From positions 5,428-69,427 of IMG/VR virus record IMGVR_UViG_3300031578_000010: 64,000 nucleotides of DNA; one strand, given 5' to 3'. This document shows, one piece after another, positions 55,368 to 63,964 of this stretch. Every line of letters begins with the position of its first letter. The stretch's first letter is position 1. The stretch is from a virus. Both the position numbers and the translations under genes were made by a program. The notes below the pieces were generated by a model. It worked only from the letters and a program-made list of their open reading frames with translations, was not told the DNA's origin and searched no databases.

Positions 55368-58300
55368 TCCTCTATCTCCAAAAAGGATTGAATTTTCTCT
55401 GTTATATTAAAGACCTTATCCTTATCCCCATAGCAAAGAACCCTATTCCCGCCCATGAGCCGCCCATCTACAAAAACGATATTAAAAGGTTTCAATACAG
55501 ATTTAAAATGTTGCATCCCTGCTTTATCTAAATATATATAAATATCCCCCCTATGATCTTCCATTTTAACTACAGCGGCAGATTTCCCCGTCATCTTTTC
55601 CTGAATTTCTAAAATAATACCACAAACCCTAACCCTCTCCCACCTATTATATTGACTTAGTTGCAGAGACGAAGAACAATATCTTTTTAATAAGAAATCT
55701 TTAACAGGTTCAAAAAAGAAAGGATGCAATAAAATAAATCCAAAGGCATCCACAGAATCTTCAAGGAACGTTTTATTAGTATCTAATACCTTTTCCTTCC
55801 GGATTGAATTAAAACGGCCTTTAACGGCCTGTCTTTCCATTAAAGAATCAAAACATCCTGCCTGTATTAATTTAATTATCTTTCCTTTGTGGACCTTTCC
55901 ACTTATTTTTTCAATAAAATCATCGAAGGATTTAAATGGCCTCTTTTCTATAATCTCTTCCGCAGATGTTTTAATTTCCTTTATTTTAGATAATCCAAAT
56001 CTTATCCCATCCTTTTCTATCGTAAACCCCATCCCCGATTTATTAATATCCGGGCCGTATACATTAATATTAAATCGCCTTGCTTCATTTATATATTTAT
56101 ATAGTTTGTTTTTCTCCGAACCTTTTTTTCTATCCTTTGTTATTCCTACGTCAGTATTGCTAAGCAAACTGGCAAAGAATTGACGAGGATAATAATTCTT
56201 TAAATACAGCACCTGAAAAAATAAATAAGTGTATGAGATTGCATGGGACGCGTTGAAAGAATAACTTGTAAATTCCTTTATTACATTCCAAAGTTTTATC
56301 GCGTCGTTGTTCCCAATAGTCTTCCTACAATGTTCAAAGAATTCCTTTTTAAATTTCTTTATCTCCTTTGTATTAAATTCTTTCTTCGCAGCCAATTTCC
56401 GAATATTATTTGCTTCTGCTAAAGAAAATCCTGCCACCCTATGTAATAGCTGCATAACCTGTTCTTGATATACTAAAACACCTCGTGTTCCTTTCAATGT
56501 TTTTTTAACCTCTTTATTATCAATTCCTATCCCTTCATAATTAATAAACCTTTCTATTGCCCCGCTCGCTAAAGGTCCGGGCCTATTTATAGCATTTAAA
56601 GCGGCAATCTCGCCAAAGTTTTTAGGTTTAACATCCATCAATAAGCGCGTTGCTGATTCGGTTTCAAATTGGAACGCCCCTATCGTATTCCCTTTATTCG
56701 CTTCTTCGATTAACTTTTTATCTTTAATATCTAATTTCCAAATACTATCACTTAGATCCTTTTTCTCAGTTTCCTTTACCAAATCTATCGCGTCAGAAAT
56801 AATAGAACAAGTATTTAACCCTAATATATCAAATTTAATTAATCCCACGGCAGATAAATCCCTCCCTCGGTTTCCTTCAGAATATGCAGAAACCAATTCC
56901 CCTTTTATTTTTTGCAATGGGCAATATTTATAGACAGGATTTGGAGCAATAACAACCCCGCAAGGATGAACTCCTGAATTCCTAATTAAACTTGACGCCC
57001 TTTTGGCAAGGTTAAAGGCAACTTTATTTTCTTTTACAAAATCTTTCAATATTCCAGACAAATTATTAAATGCTTTCTTTATATTCCCTGCCCTATATAT
57101 TTCTCCCGTTATTTCATTTATTGACCGAATAGGGAGTTTAAATATTCTGCCTACATCCCGTAATGCTCCGACTTCCCCGAAGGTATTAAATGTTATAATT
57201 CTTGCTACTTTATTTTGGCCATGCCTATCGTTCAAATAAGAAAAAACCAAATCCCTTTTATTAGCCTGAAAATCGAGGTCGATATCCGGCGCGTCAGACC
57301 GAGACTTATCAAGAAAGCGTTCAAATAATAAACCGTATTTAAGCGGATCTATCTTCGTGATATTCAGAATAAACGCAACTAAAGATCCTGCAACAGAACC
57401 TCTTGCCGGTCCCACAAATATCCTGTTTTCTCGGCACCAATTAGTTAAATCCCGAACGATCAAAAAATAGTCCTGAAATTTCAATTTTTGAATTACATCC
57501 AATTCCCTCTTCATTCTTTTCTTATATTTTTCTTTATCTTTAAAATCAAATCGCCTGAATTCCCGCATAGTCATTTTTCTAAATTCGGAAACATCCATCC
57601 CCATATCTGGAATATGTATTTTCCCCATCGGGATCTTTATATCGCAGCCCGACGCCAAATCTGCCGTGCAGTCAGTATATCTTTTAAATTCTTTCTTTGT
57701 TATATTATGGCCAAATTTCCTGGCCATAGAAAAGAGTTCTTTCCCATCAACCAAATGCAAAGAACGAGCATTATAAACAACCTTTTTTCTATCGTCTATC
57801 GTTTTATGTTCTCTGACCATCAATACAAAATCTTGTAATTCAACATCCCTTTTCTCTGCATAATGAGAATCAAGAGCGACTATCAAAGGAATATGTAATC
57901 TGTTGGCAATTTTCTTCAATCTTTCATTTGTATATTTTTGTGTTACAACTTCATTTAATTGTAGTTCTATAACGAAATTATCCCCAAATGCATCCCTCCA
58001 CCTTAAAGCCTCCTGTAAAGCCATTTTATCATTTGGCAATTTCGCCAATATCCCGCCCATGCAAGCAGTTGACGCTATAATATCTTTATTATGATTAAAT
58101 ATAATTTCAGATGTCGTTCTTGGTCTATAATAATATCCATTAATATTTGCCTCAGAAACTATATATAAAAGATTCAAATAACCTACATAACTTTTCGCCA
58201 ATAAAATAACGTGCCTATACTCCCCTTTTCTCCCTGGCGAATCATCAACGTACATCTCAACGCCAATTATCGGATTAATTCCAGCCTTTCTACATTCTAA

Positions 58301-58459
58301 ATAAAATTCCAAGCCTCCCGCCATTGTTCCGTGGTCGGTTATTGCAAGAGAAGGCATATTTAAATCGGCAGCCTTTTTCACCAAAGAAGTAATTGTAGCA
58401 ACGCCATCCAAGATGGAAAAATGGCTGTGAGAATGAAGATTTATTAAATTAAACTTCAT
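55343..58459 (-). CDS. dnaE: DNA polymerase III alpha subunit (family C)
   Basis: PHP LHSHSHFSILDG, AITDHG; GPARGSVAGS, PDIDLDF, GVHPCG, KFDILGL, GAFQFE, YSFNASHA; no intein visible. Confidence 0.96.
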   Translation of the reverse strand: MKFNLINLHSHSHFSILDGVATITSLVKKAADLNMPSLAITDHGTMAGGLEFYLECRKAGINPIIGVEMYVDDSPGRKGEYRHVILLAKSYVGYLNLLYIVSEANINGYYYRPRTTSEIIFNHNKDIIASTACMGGILAKLPNDKMALQEALRWRDAFGDNFVIELQLNEVVTQKYTNERLKKIANRLHIPLIVALDSHYAEKRDVELQDFVLMVREHKTIDDRKKVVYNARSLHLVDGKELFSMARKFGHNITKKEFKRYTDCTADLASGCDIKIPMGKIHIPDMGMDVSEFRKMTMREFRRFDFKDKEKYKKRMKRELDVIQKLKFQDYFLIVRDLTNWCRENRIFVGPARGSVAGSLVAFILNITKIDPLKYGLLFERFLDKSRSDAPDIDLDFQANKRDLVFSYLNDRHGQNKVARIITFNTFGEVGALRDVGRIFKLPIRSINEITGEIYRAGNIKKAFNNLSGILKDFVKENKVAFNLAKRASSLIRNSGVHPCGVVIAPNPVYKYCPLQKIKGELVSAYSEGNRGRDLSAVGLIKFDILGLNTCSIISDAIDLVKETEKKDLSDSIWKLDIKDKKLIEEANKGNTIGAFQFETESATRLLMDVKPKNFGEIAALNAINRPGPLASGAIERFINYEGIGIDNKEVKKTLKGTRGVLVYQEQVMQLLHRVAGFSLAEANNIRKLAAKKEFNTKEIKKFKKEFFEHCRKTIGNNDAIKLWNVIKEFTSYSFNASHAISYTYLFFQVLYLKNYYPRQFFASLLSNTDVGITKDRKKGSEKNKLYKYINEARRFNINVYGPDINKSGMGFTIEKDGIRFGLSKIKEIKTSAEEIIEKRPFKSFDDFIEKISGKVHKGKIIKLIQAGCFDSLMERQAVKGRFNSIRKEKVLDTNKTFLEDSVDAFGFILLHPFFFEPVKDFLLKRYCSSSLQLSQYNRWERVRVCGIILEIQEKMTGKSAAVVKMEDHRGDIYIYLDKAGMQHFKSVLKPFNIVFVDGRLMGGNRVLCYGDKDKVFNITEKIQSFLEIEECKSGMLL

Positions 58460-58463
58460 ATTA

Positions 58464-58661
58464 TTAACCTTTAATCTTTTCCAGATTAGAACAAAGAGAA
58501 GAGAAGTCCTTCCAATATTCTTTTCTTAAAATTGCAATGTAGCAATATTCGGAAGAAGAATAATGAGAAATTATATAAACAAAATTATTAAACCTGGATA
58601 TTAGTCTATTAAAAATTTCAGGTGTTATAGTTGTTATTATAAAATTATCAAGATTGGGCAT
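58464..58661 (-). CDS. Small hypothetical protein
   Basis: 65 aa, SD GAGGAG. Confidence 0.5.
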   Translation of the reverse strand: MPNLDNFIITTITPEIFNRLISRFNNFVYIISHYSSSEYCYIAILRKEYWKDFSSLCSNLEKIKG

Positions 58662-58840
58662 GAATATATCTCCTCATGATCTTGGAGGAATTAAAATGCC
58701 GCTGCTTTCCGAAGACCTACGTTCTCCATTCTTAATCGTTCTACTAATAGCTGCCATACCATTATTGATATTCTTATTGCCTTTTATATTGGTAATAACC
58801 CTCTTCTGTTCGGTGCCTTCGGATAGTAAAGGGGAATCCC

Positions 58841-59050
58841 TCATTCCTTCCTGTGTATCTTGCTTGCTATTAATGAAATTGCGTCCTCTTCAGAAGAGGT
58901 TTTTATCTTTTCTTTTATTTCCGGCAGGTCTTCTAAATAAATAAAAAGAGAATGTTTCGGCTCTTCCCCCCTCGCAATAATGTCAATTTCATCCAGAGTA
59001 ACCCGTTTGAAAAGCATACTAAACTGGGCAATTAAATCACGCTTATTCAT
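58841..59050 (-). CDS. Small hypothetical protein
   Basis: 69 aa. Confidence 0.5.
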   Translation of the reverse strand: MNKRDLIAQFSMLFKRVTLDEIDIIARGEEPKHSLFIYLEDLPEIKEKIKTSSEEDAISLIASKIHRKE

Positions 59051-59675
59051 TTTCGCCCTCTTTCTCTATAAGCATTTTTAAAAACGTATAAATTGATTTG
59101 CACCTCCGATACAAGCCCATCATGGAAATATTCATATCTTTTGCCATTCTTTTGAAATTAAAATTGCGATCTCTATATAAACGAATATAAATTGCCCAAG
59201 AATCCTTAGTTAATCTCTCCTTAAATAGCCGCAAAAAATCATCTATTAATATGTCATCTAACATTTCCTTTCCATCTGCTATTTTTAATAATTGGCCTTC
59301 ATTATTTAATTCGAATTCTGTAAATGTAATAATAGGCAAATTATCAGGATATTTCTCCTTATTTAATATTTGCCGAAGCATAGTTCTAAATTTATTGGTT
59401 ACAGAGATTTTAACCAGTGTTCTAAAACCTGCAAGATCGGGGTTATAAGCCGGGATAACCTTTGTCTGAATATGTAAATATGCCTCCTGCATCAAATCAT
59501 TTACATCGTTGCCGGGAAAAGAGCGAACAAATTGATTTGCTACATTCCTAATCACAGGTTGAATTGCCTGGAAAATTCTATTATATGATGTTTTCCTACC
59601 TTCTCGATACTTTATAACTGCCCTATCAAGCGCGGTTGTTTTTCTTCTTTTCTTTTTTGTTTTATCGCCTTCCAT
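59043..59675 (-). CDS. RNA polymerase sigma-70-family-like factor
   Basis: Region 2-like DVNDLMQEAY...FRTLVKISVTNKFRTML; region 4-like HTH FKRMAKDMNISMMGLYRR. Confidence 0.8.
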   Translation of the reverse strand: MEGDKTKKKRRKTTALDRAVIKYREGRKTSYNRIFQAIQPVIRNVANQFVRSFPGNDVNDLMQEAYLHIQTKVIPAYNPDLAGFRTLVKISVTNKFRTMLRQILNKEKYPDNLPIITFTEFELNNEGQLLKIADGKEMLDDILIDDFLRLFKERLTKDSWAIYIRLYRDRNFNFKRMAKDMNISMMGLYRRCKSIYTFLKMLIEKEGENE

Positions 59676-59680
59676 ATACT

Positions 59681-60304
59681 TTAATCCTCCCAGCCGAATA
59701 TATAACTATCCTGATATTTCAAGCCAAAATAGGCATAAAGTTTCGCCAATTTCTTTTTGAACCTTGTTTGATATTTGCGATAATGTCTTCTCATTTTAAC
59801 CTGTTTCCCTTTATTACTGATATCCTTCTCAGAAATTCGAGCACATACTTTGCAATTATTAATATGTTTACCGTAATTATCTGATTTAATTATTTTAAAC
59901 CTTCTCATCGTTTTAGAAGTAGATGCACTTTTAAGCCTTTCGGGATAAGCCAAAAGAATTTTATTTAACTGGAATATTTGACACGCAGGCCTATCAGCGA
60001 ATCTATTCACGCAGAGGTCATATTCTCCAAAATATAAACAGCCCCAGCAACGATAGGGCGTTTTATAATAATTCCTTTCATAAGCATCCCCAAACCTTCC
60101 AATTTGCTCCGGTTTAAGCCTGGCATCTCTAAGGGCAATGGATGAGATTATTCTTAAAGATTCCTGGCTCATTTCCTTTATTATTCTGTCCGCCTTTATT
60201 AGCGCGCCTATGCTCCTTTGTTCCGCCGTTATTCTCAATATATAAGCCAGCCCCCGAAGGCGGCGGCCTTTCTGGAGAATATTTCGATTCATATTCGGCC
60301 TCAA
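59681..60304 (-). CDS. Basic Cys-containing hypothetical protein
   Basis: CWGC...C...C and CKVC; 207 aa. Confidence 0.6.
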   Translation of the reverse strand: MRPNMNRNILQKGRRLRGLAYILRITAEQRSIGALIKADRIIKEMSQESLRIISSIALRDARLKPEQIGRFGDAYERNYYKTPYRCWGCLYFGEYDLCVNRFADRPACQIFQLNKILLAYPERLKSASTSKTMRRFKIIKSDNYGKHINNCKVCARISEKDISNKGKQVKMRRHYRKYQTRFKKKLAKLYAYFGLKYQDSYIFGWED

Positions 60305-60322
60305 ATGTTAGATTTATTTTCA

Positions 60323-60766
60323 TTACTCGAAGTTATCCACTCCATTAATTGAAAGGTGAGCATCGATACAGGCCACAACAAACCTTTGTATTTTCTTCCA
60401 CCGTTTCAATTTCTGTACTAAACAATCCCCATCATAATACACGTTTCCCTTCAAGCAACTTTCTTCATATTTTTTAACGTGGGCCGCCTTAGATGCTATT
60501 ACAATACGTTTATTGTAGACGGCAAAAGCCTGCCGAAAAGATTCGGCCTTTATTACCGCCGCCGTCGTTCCGCGCAGGGATTCGGCCAGGACGAAAAAAT
60601 TAAAGGTTTTAATATTTCCCTTTTTCCTTTTAGTTTTAGCTATAACTTTTGCCACCCGTTCCGCCTGCTTTTTCTTTTTCATTTCGCGCAAGACTTTTCT
60701 GATCGCTTTTGCGCTATCTCGTACATTTTCCCTTTTACGCGGCCTCCCCCGTTTCCTGCCCTTCAT
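60323..60766 (-). CDS. Basic hypothetical protein with AT-hook-like N-terminus
   Basis: MKGRKRGRPRKR; start moved to ATG 60766 (SD GGAGG). Confidence 0.6.
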   Translation of the reverse strand: MKGRKRGRPRKRENVRDSAKAIRKVLREMKKKKQAERVAKVIAKTKRKKGNIKTFNFFVLAESLRGTTAAVIKAESFRQAFAVYNKRIVIASKAAHVKKYEESCLKGNVYYDGDCLVQKLKRWKKIQRFVVACIDAHLSINGVDNFE

Positions 60767-60857
60767 AGTAACGACCTCCAATATGTTAAAAATATGGGTT
60801 AGAATGCCCTCCCGAGAAATGTATCCCGATATTAACCCCGACAAGGGGTTTGTCTTG

Positions 60858-61050
60858 CGCCAGGTCGCATTTCACGGCTAATCCTGTACTTTTACCCTTA
60901 TCTCCCCCTAAAAACGCGACCTGGCGCGACCTGGCGTACCTCTTCAAAGGGGTTAGCTTACGCCAGGTCGCATTTTGAGGGGGGAAACCTGCCCCTTTGC
61001 CCATCTCCTCCCCTAAAAACGCCGCCTGGCGCGACCTGGCGCGTTTGGCG
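60858..61050. repeat. GC-rich direct and inverted repeat array (GCGACCTGGCG)
   Basis: Direct copies at 60916, 60926, 61031 (variants 61021, 61041); inverted copies at 60858, 60961; forms two about 103-bp units. Confidence 0.85.
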
Positions 61051-61052
61051 CC

Positions 61053-61337
61053 CTAATCCCAGCCCCTACACCCACAATAGTATGTATTCGTATTCTTCTC
61101 ATAGAAAGGCGGATTCCCTCCCCCCTTTATTATTAAGAATTTCCGCTCGCAATAGCAGCATTTTGGTTGTGCCTTTATGGCATGTTTCTCGAATTCGTGC
61201 CCATCGCAAATAGGGCAAATCCGATTCCCCTTTTCATCCGTCGCAAGAATATCATGTCCGCAATTAGAGCATACTTCTACCACAATCAGGCAGGAGCGTT
61301 CAATATTCCCATTTTCTTCCTGCGGTATATTTGCCAT
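61053..61337 (-). CDS. Multi-zinc-ribbon protein
   Basis: CSNC, CPIC, CCYC, CGC; start moved to ATG 61337. Confidence 0.6.
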   Translation of the reverse strand: MANIPQEENGNIERSCLIVVEVCSNCGHDILATDEKGNRICPICDGHEFEKHAIKAQPKCCYCERKFLIIKGGGNPPFYEKNTNTYYCGCRGWD

Positions 61338-61367
61338 GGTTTCCCCTTTCAATGTTTTATTCCCATA

Positions 61368-61616
61368 TTACCGCCACAGATATTTGAAGATGCGCCGGAG
61401 AGTACCGCGCTTGTGAGGATCTTTTTCTTCGACTGCGACTTTCTTCGCAGATTCTTCCGCGATGATGAAACCTGGAAACGCCTCATACTTTTCTGTTTCC
61501 GCCCACAGAGGCTCCGCCAGAGGCCGACATTTCTTGCACAGATCTTTCCCCTTGTATTTCGCCCGGCCCAGTTCCTTGCGGCAACCCGCACAGGGAGTTC
61601 CGTAACTCAGGCCCAT
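61368..61616 (-). CDS. Zinc-finger hypothetical protein
   Basis: CAGC...CKKC; start moved to ATG 61616. Confidence 0.6.
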   Translation of the reverse strand: MGLSYGTPCAGCRKELGRAKYKGKDLCKKCRPLAEPLWAETEKYEAFPGFIIAEESAKKVAVEEKDPHKRGTLRRIFKYLWR

Positions 61617-61633
61617 TTTATTCCCTTTCAATA

Positions 61634-61774
61634 TTAAGACTGTTTCCGCAGTTTATCGACGTATTCCTTCGCTCGCTTTAATCCTGTTTTATATATATCA
61701 TTATATAATTTAGTTGCAGCAATCCAATGCCCGATATTTATTAACCGATGTATTTCATCCATTGGTGATTCCAT
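61634..61774 (-). CDS. 46-aa protein resembling ribosomal L7/L12 C-terminal domain motif (absent from ORF track)
   Basis: SD AAAGGAG; WIAATKLYNDIYKTGLKRAKEYVD vs L12 KIxxIKxxRxxTGLGLKEAKxxVE. Confidence 0.5.
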   Translation of the reverse strand: MESPMDEIHRLINIGHWIAATKLYNDIYKTGLKRAKEYVDKLRKQS

Positions 61775-61803
61775 TCTTTCTCCTTTCCTTTTAAAATATG
61801 CTA

Positions 61804-61866
61804 TCGCCCCGCCCTGAATTTCGCAACATTGAGAAAACCAAGGCGGGGCGACAGCAAGTCGCCCCG
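61804..61866 (-). terminator. Terminator-like hairpin with alternative pairing
   Basis: CGGGGCGAC-AGCAA-GTCGCCCCG (61844-61866); arm can instead pair with TCGCCCCGCC (61804-61813). Confidence 0.5.
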
Positions 61867-61888
61867 TTTGTAGTGGTGTCGACGGCGC

Positions 61889-62428
61889 TTAGAAATCGTC
61901 GTCTTCGTCGTCGTCCTCTTCTTCTTCCTCCTCGTCGTCGTCCTCGTATTCGTCCTCGTCATCCTCGTCGTCGTCGTCCTCGTCGACGTCCTCGTCCTCC
62001 TCTTCCTTTTTCGCCTTCTTTTCCTTCTTGCCCTTTTTCTTTTCCTTTTTCGCCTTCTTTTCCTTCTTGCCCTTTCCCTTGGGCTTTTCTTCTTCTTCCT
62101 CCTCTTCCTCCTCCTCGTCTTCTTCCTCTTCCTCCTCCGGCTCTTCCTTTTCCTTTTTCGGCCGGCCGCGCTTGCCATCGGACTTCTTCTTTTTCCTTTT
62201 CCCGCCGCCTTCCTCGCGCATTTCCTTGACCTTGGCGTCGATCAGTTTCTTGAGTTCCTGGAGTTCCTTTCTGAGCTCAACCAGATAGCTTTTCAGCGTC
62301 CGGCCGATCTTTGCCGAGCCCTCCAGGAAATACGGAATCTCCGAGTCGATGAAGGCAGTCGCAATCGCGACACGGTGCGCCATGGAAATGATCGGGCTTT
62401 TCTCTCGCTTTTCTTTCTTTTCCTTCAT
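61889..62428 (-). CDS. Polyampholyte protein (coiled coil + alternating E/D and K tracts)
   Basis: 179 aa; SD AAAGGAG; tracts are codon-varied (not homopolymer DNA). Confidence 0.75.
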   Translation of the reverse strand: MKEKKEKREKSPIISMAHRVAIATAFIDSEIPYFLEGSAKIGRTLKSYLVELRKELQELKKLIDAKVKEMREEGGGKRKKKKSDGKRGRPKKEKEEPEEEEEEDEEEEEEEEEEKPKGKGKKEKKAKKEKKKGKKEKKAKKEEEDEDVDEDDDDEDDEDEYEDDDEEEEEEDDDEDDDF

Positions 62429-62498
62429 GATCGCTCCTTTGTTGAAAGGGGTTACAGGTATTATACTTAGCCTGTAAAATAACAGGCCACTTCTTCAG

Positions 62499-62780
62499 TT
62501 ACTTCTTCAGCTTCTTCTTGCCCTGCTTTCCCTTTTTTTCGGGTTTCGCCTCCTTTCTCGGCGCCTCTTTCTTTCCCTTTCCTTTCAGGAGGATTTCCTC
62601 GATGGCGACGTAATCCTTCGCCGCCCGTTGCAGGCTGGTGAATTCCTTCTTAAACGGCCTCGCGAGGAATTCCCCCAGCGGCGCCAGTCCCTCCAACGCC
62701 GTATGGAGCCGCTTATTTGCGCGGACAACGCGCACCAGGATTTTCCTTTTCAGTTTCCCGCCCTTTTTGCGCTTCGCCAT
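62499..62780 (-). CDS. Small basic protein
   Basis: 93 aa, SD AGGAG, Lys-rich termini. Confidence 0.65.
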   Translation of the reverse strand: MAKRKKGGKLKRKILVRVVRANKRLHTALEGLAPLGEFLARPFKKEFTSLQRAAKDYVAIEEILLKGKGKKEAPRKEAKPEKKGKQGKKKLKK

Positions 62781-62810
62781 AATTACTCCTTTCGAAACGC
62801 GACCGCTTTG

Positions 62811-63335
62811 CTACTCTCCGCCCCGCTTTGCAAAAAACTCGTCGAACCAAGGCAGAACTTCTTTTCGGAATATTTTCGCAAGCCATTTTATTTCCTGTGC
62901 GTCCAGCCGGCCAAGGCGCATAAACGTCCATTCCTCGGTTTCTTCGTCCGATCGAATTTGCCGAGTGATTTGTATTTTCGGCTCCTTGCTGTTGTATGAA
63001 TGTGCCGTGACCTGCAACCGCGTCAATCCCCACGTTTTCCGCTTAAATGATTGCAGTTGCTTATCCCTGTCGCTCGAATAACCAGCCATGGCAGCCTCCT
63101 TATCGACTCTGAAGTATTTATTTAGTTCCGAAACTGGAACCATGATTTCTTCCCGCAGGATATTACTTAGGTATTCTGTTGCCAATTTTTCTTCGAAGCC
63201 GTTCCCTGTTAAATATGCTCGAGCCGATTCAACGCTCCTAAAATTTAAACCATCTATCCTTATCAATTCTTTCACAATAGATAGATATTCATTTATTATT
63301 AAAACGACCCCTTCGAATTCTTGCCAGTTTTCCAT
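62811..63335 (-). CDS. Protein with C-terminal PC4/YdbC-like ssDNA-binding domain; internal in-frame start at 63089
   Basis: RLQVTAHSYNSKEPKIQITRQ...WTFMRLGRL; AAGGAGG before ATG 63089. Confidence 0.55.
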   Translation of the reverse strand: MENWQEFEGVVLIINEYLSIVKELIRIDGLNFRSVESARAYLTGNGFEEKLATEYLSNILREEIMVPVSELNKYFRVDKEAAMAGYSSDRDKQLQSFKRKTWGLTRLQVTAHSYNSKEPKIQITRQIRSDEETEEWTFMRLGRLDAQEIKWLAKIFRKEVLPWFDEFFAKRGGE

Positions 63336-63337
63336 AA

Positions 63338-63532
63338 TTATCCCTTTATATACCTGAGATATTTATCTGTAAATTTTTTCCACGTAAACTTAACACAATC
63401 ACATTTCGTGCATGAGCCTTGCCCCGCGATTATTAAAGGTCCATCCAAAGGCATATGAGCGCTTTTTCTTCCATCTCCAGAGTGGCCGCACTTACATATA
63501 CTTTTCGGGCGTATGAATTCTTTCTTATTCAT
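63338..63532 (-). CDS. Small Cys/His-rich protein
   Basis: CKCGH...H...CTKCDC. Confidence 0.6.
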   Translation of the reverse strand: MNKKEFIRPKSICKCGHSGDGRKSAHMPLDGPLIIAGQGSCTKCDCVKFTWKKFTDKYLRYIKG

Positions 63533-63625
63533 TTATTTTCTCCCTCGTTATTCTTACCATTTATTTTCTCCAAATGCCGAGGAAAAAAGGAATTTCGGTT
63601 GGCGGATATAGGATATTAAATATGG

Positions 63626-63964
63626 TTATTCGTCTTCTTCTTTCTCGTCGAAGTCGATGGCGGGATCATGGTATCCGTCGGCGTTCTGAAGAAAAAAGAG
63701 AACGGCGATAAATTGCTCTGCCCGCTCCATTTCCTTCTTAAATTCCGACTTCTTTTCAGGCCGCCCTAACCTGTATTTCTTTTTGGCGGCCCACGCCTCG
63801 TGCATGAAAGCAGACTCGGCTTTTGCGAGGTCTTTCATACGACGCTCCAGGCCAAGGCGCAATTCCATCAGGCAGTCTGGCACTCGCGCCATGGAAATGG
63901 GTTCGATATCCTTTTTCAGAATCCTCCGTTTCTTGTTTCTTTGTTTTGCTCCTTTTTGCGCCAT
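63626..63964 (-). CDS. Hypothetical protein
   Basis: 112 aa from ATG 63964 (SD AAAGGAG). Confidence 0.65.
   Translation of the reverse strand: MAQKGAKQRNKKRRILKKDIEPISMARVPDCLMELRLGLERRMKDLAKAESAFMHEAWAAKKKYRLGRPEKKSEFKKEMERAEQFIAVLFFLQNADGYHDPAIDFDEKEEDE

Noticed and set aside
55343-58459. Intein or intron in dnaE (also terL, recA)
   Set aside because: Lengths are ordinary and no splice motifs or homing-endonuclease inserts are visible
60858-61050. Possible CRISPR mini-array
   Set aside because: Repeats are 11 bp, partly overlapping or inverted, without regular unique spacers; no cas genes
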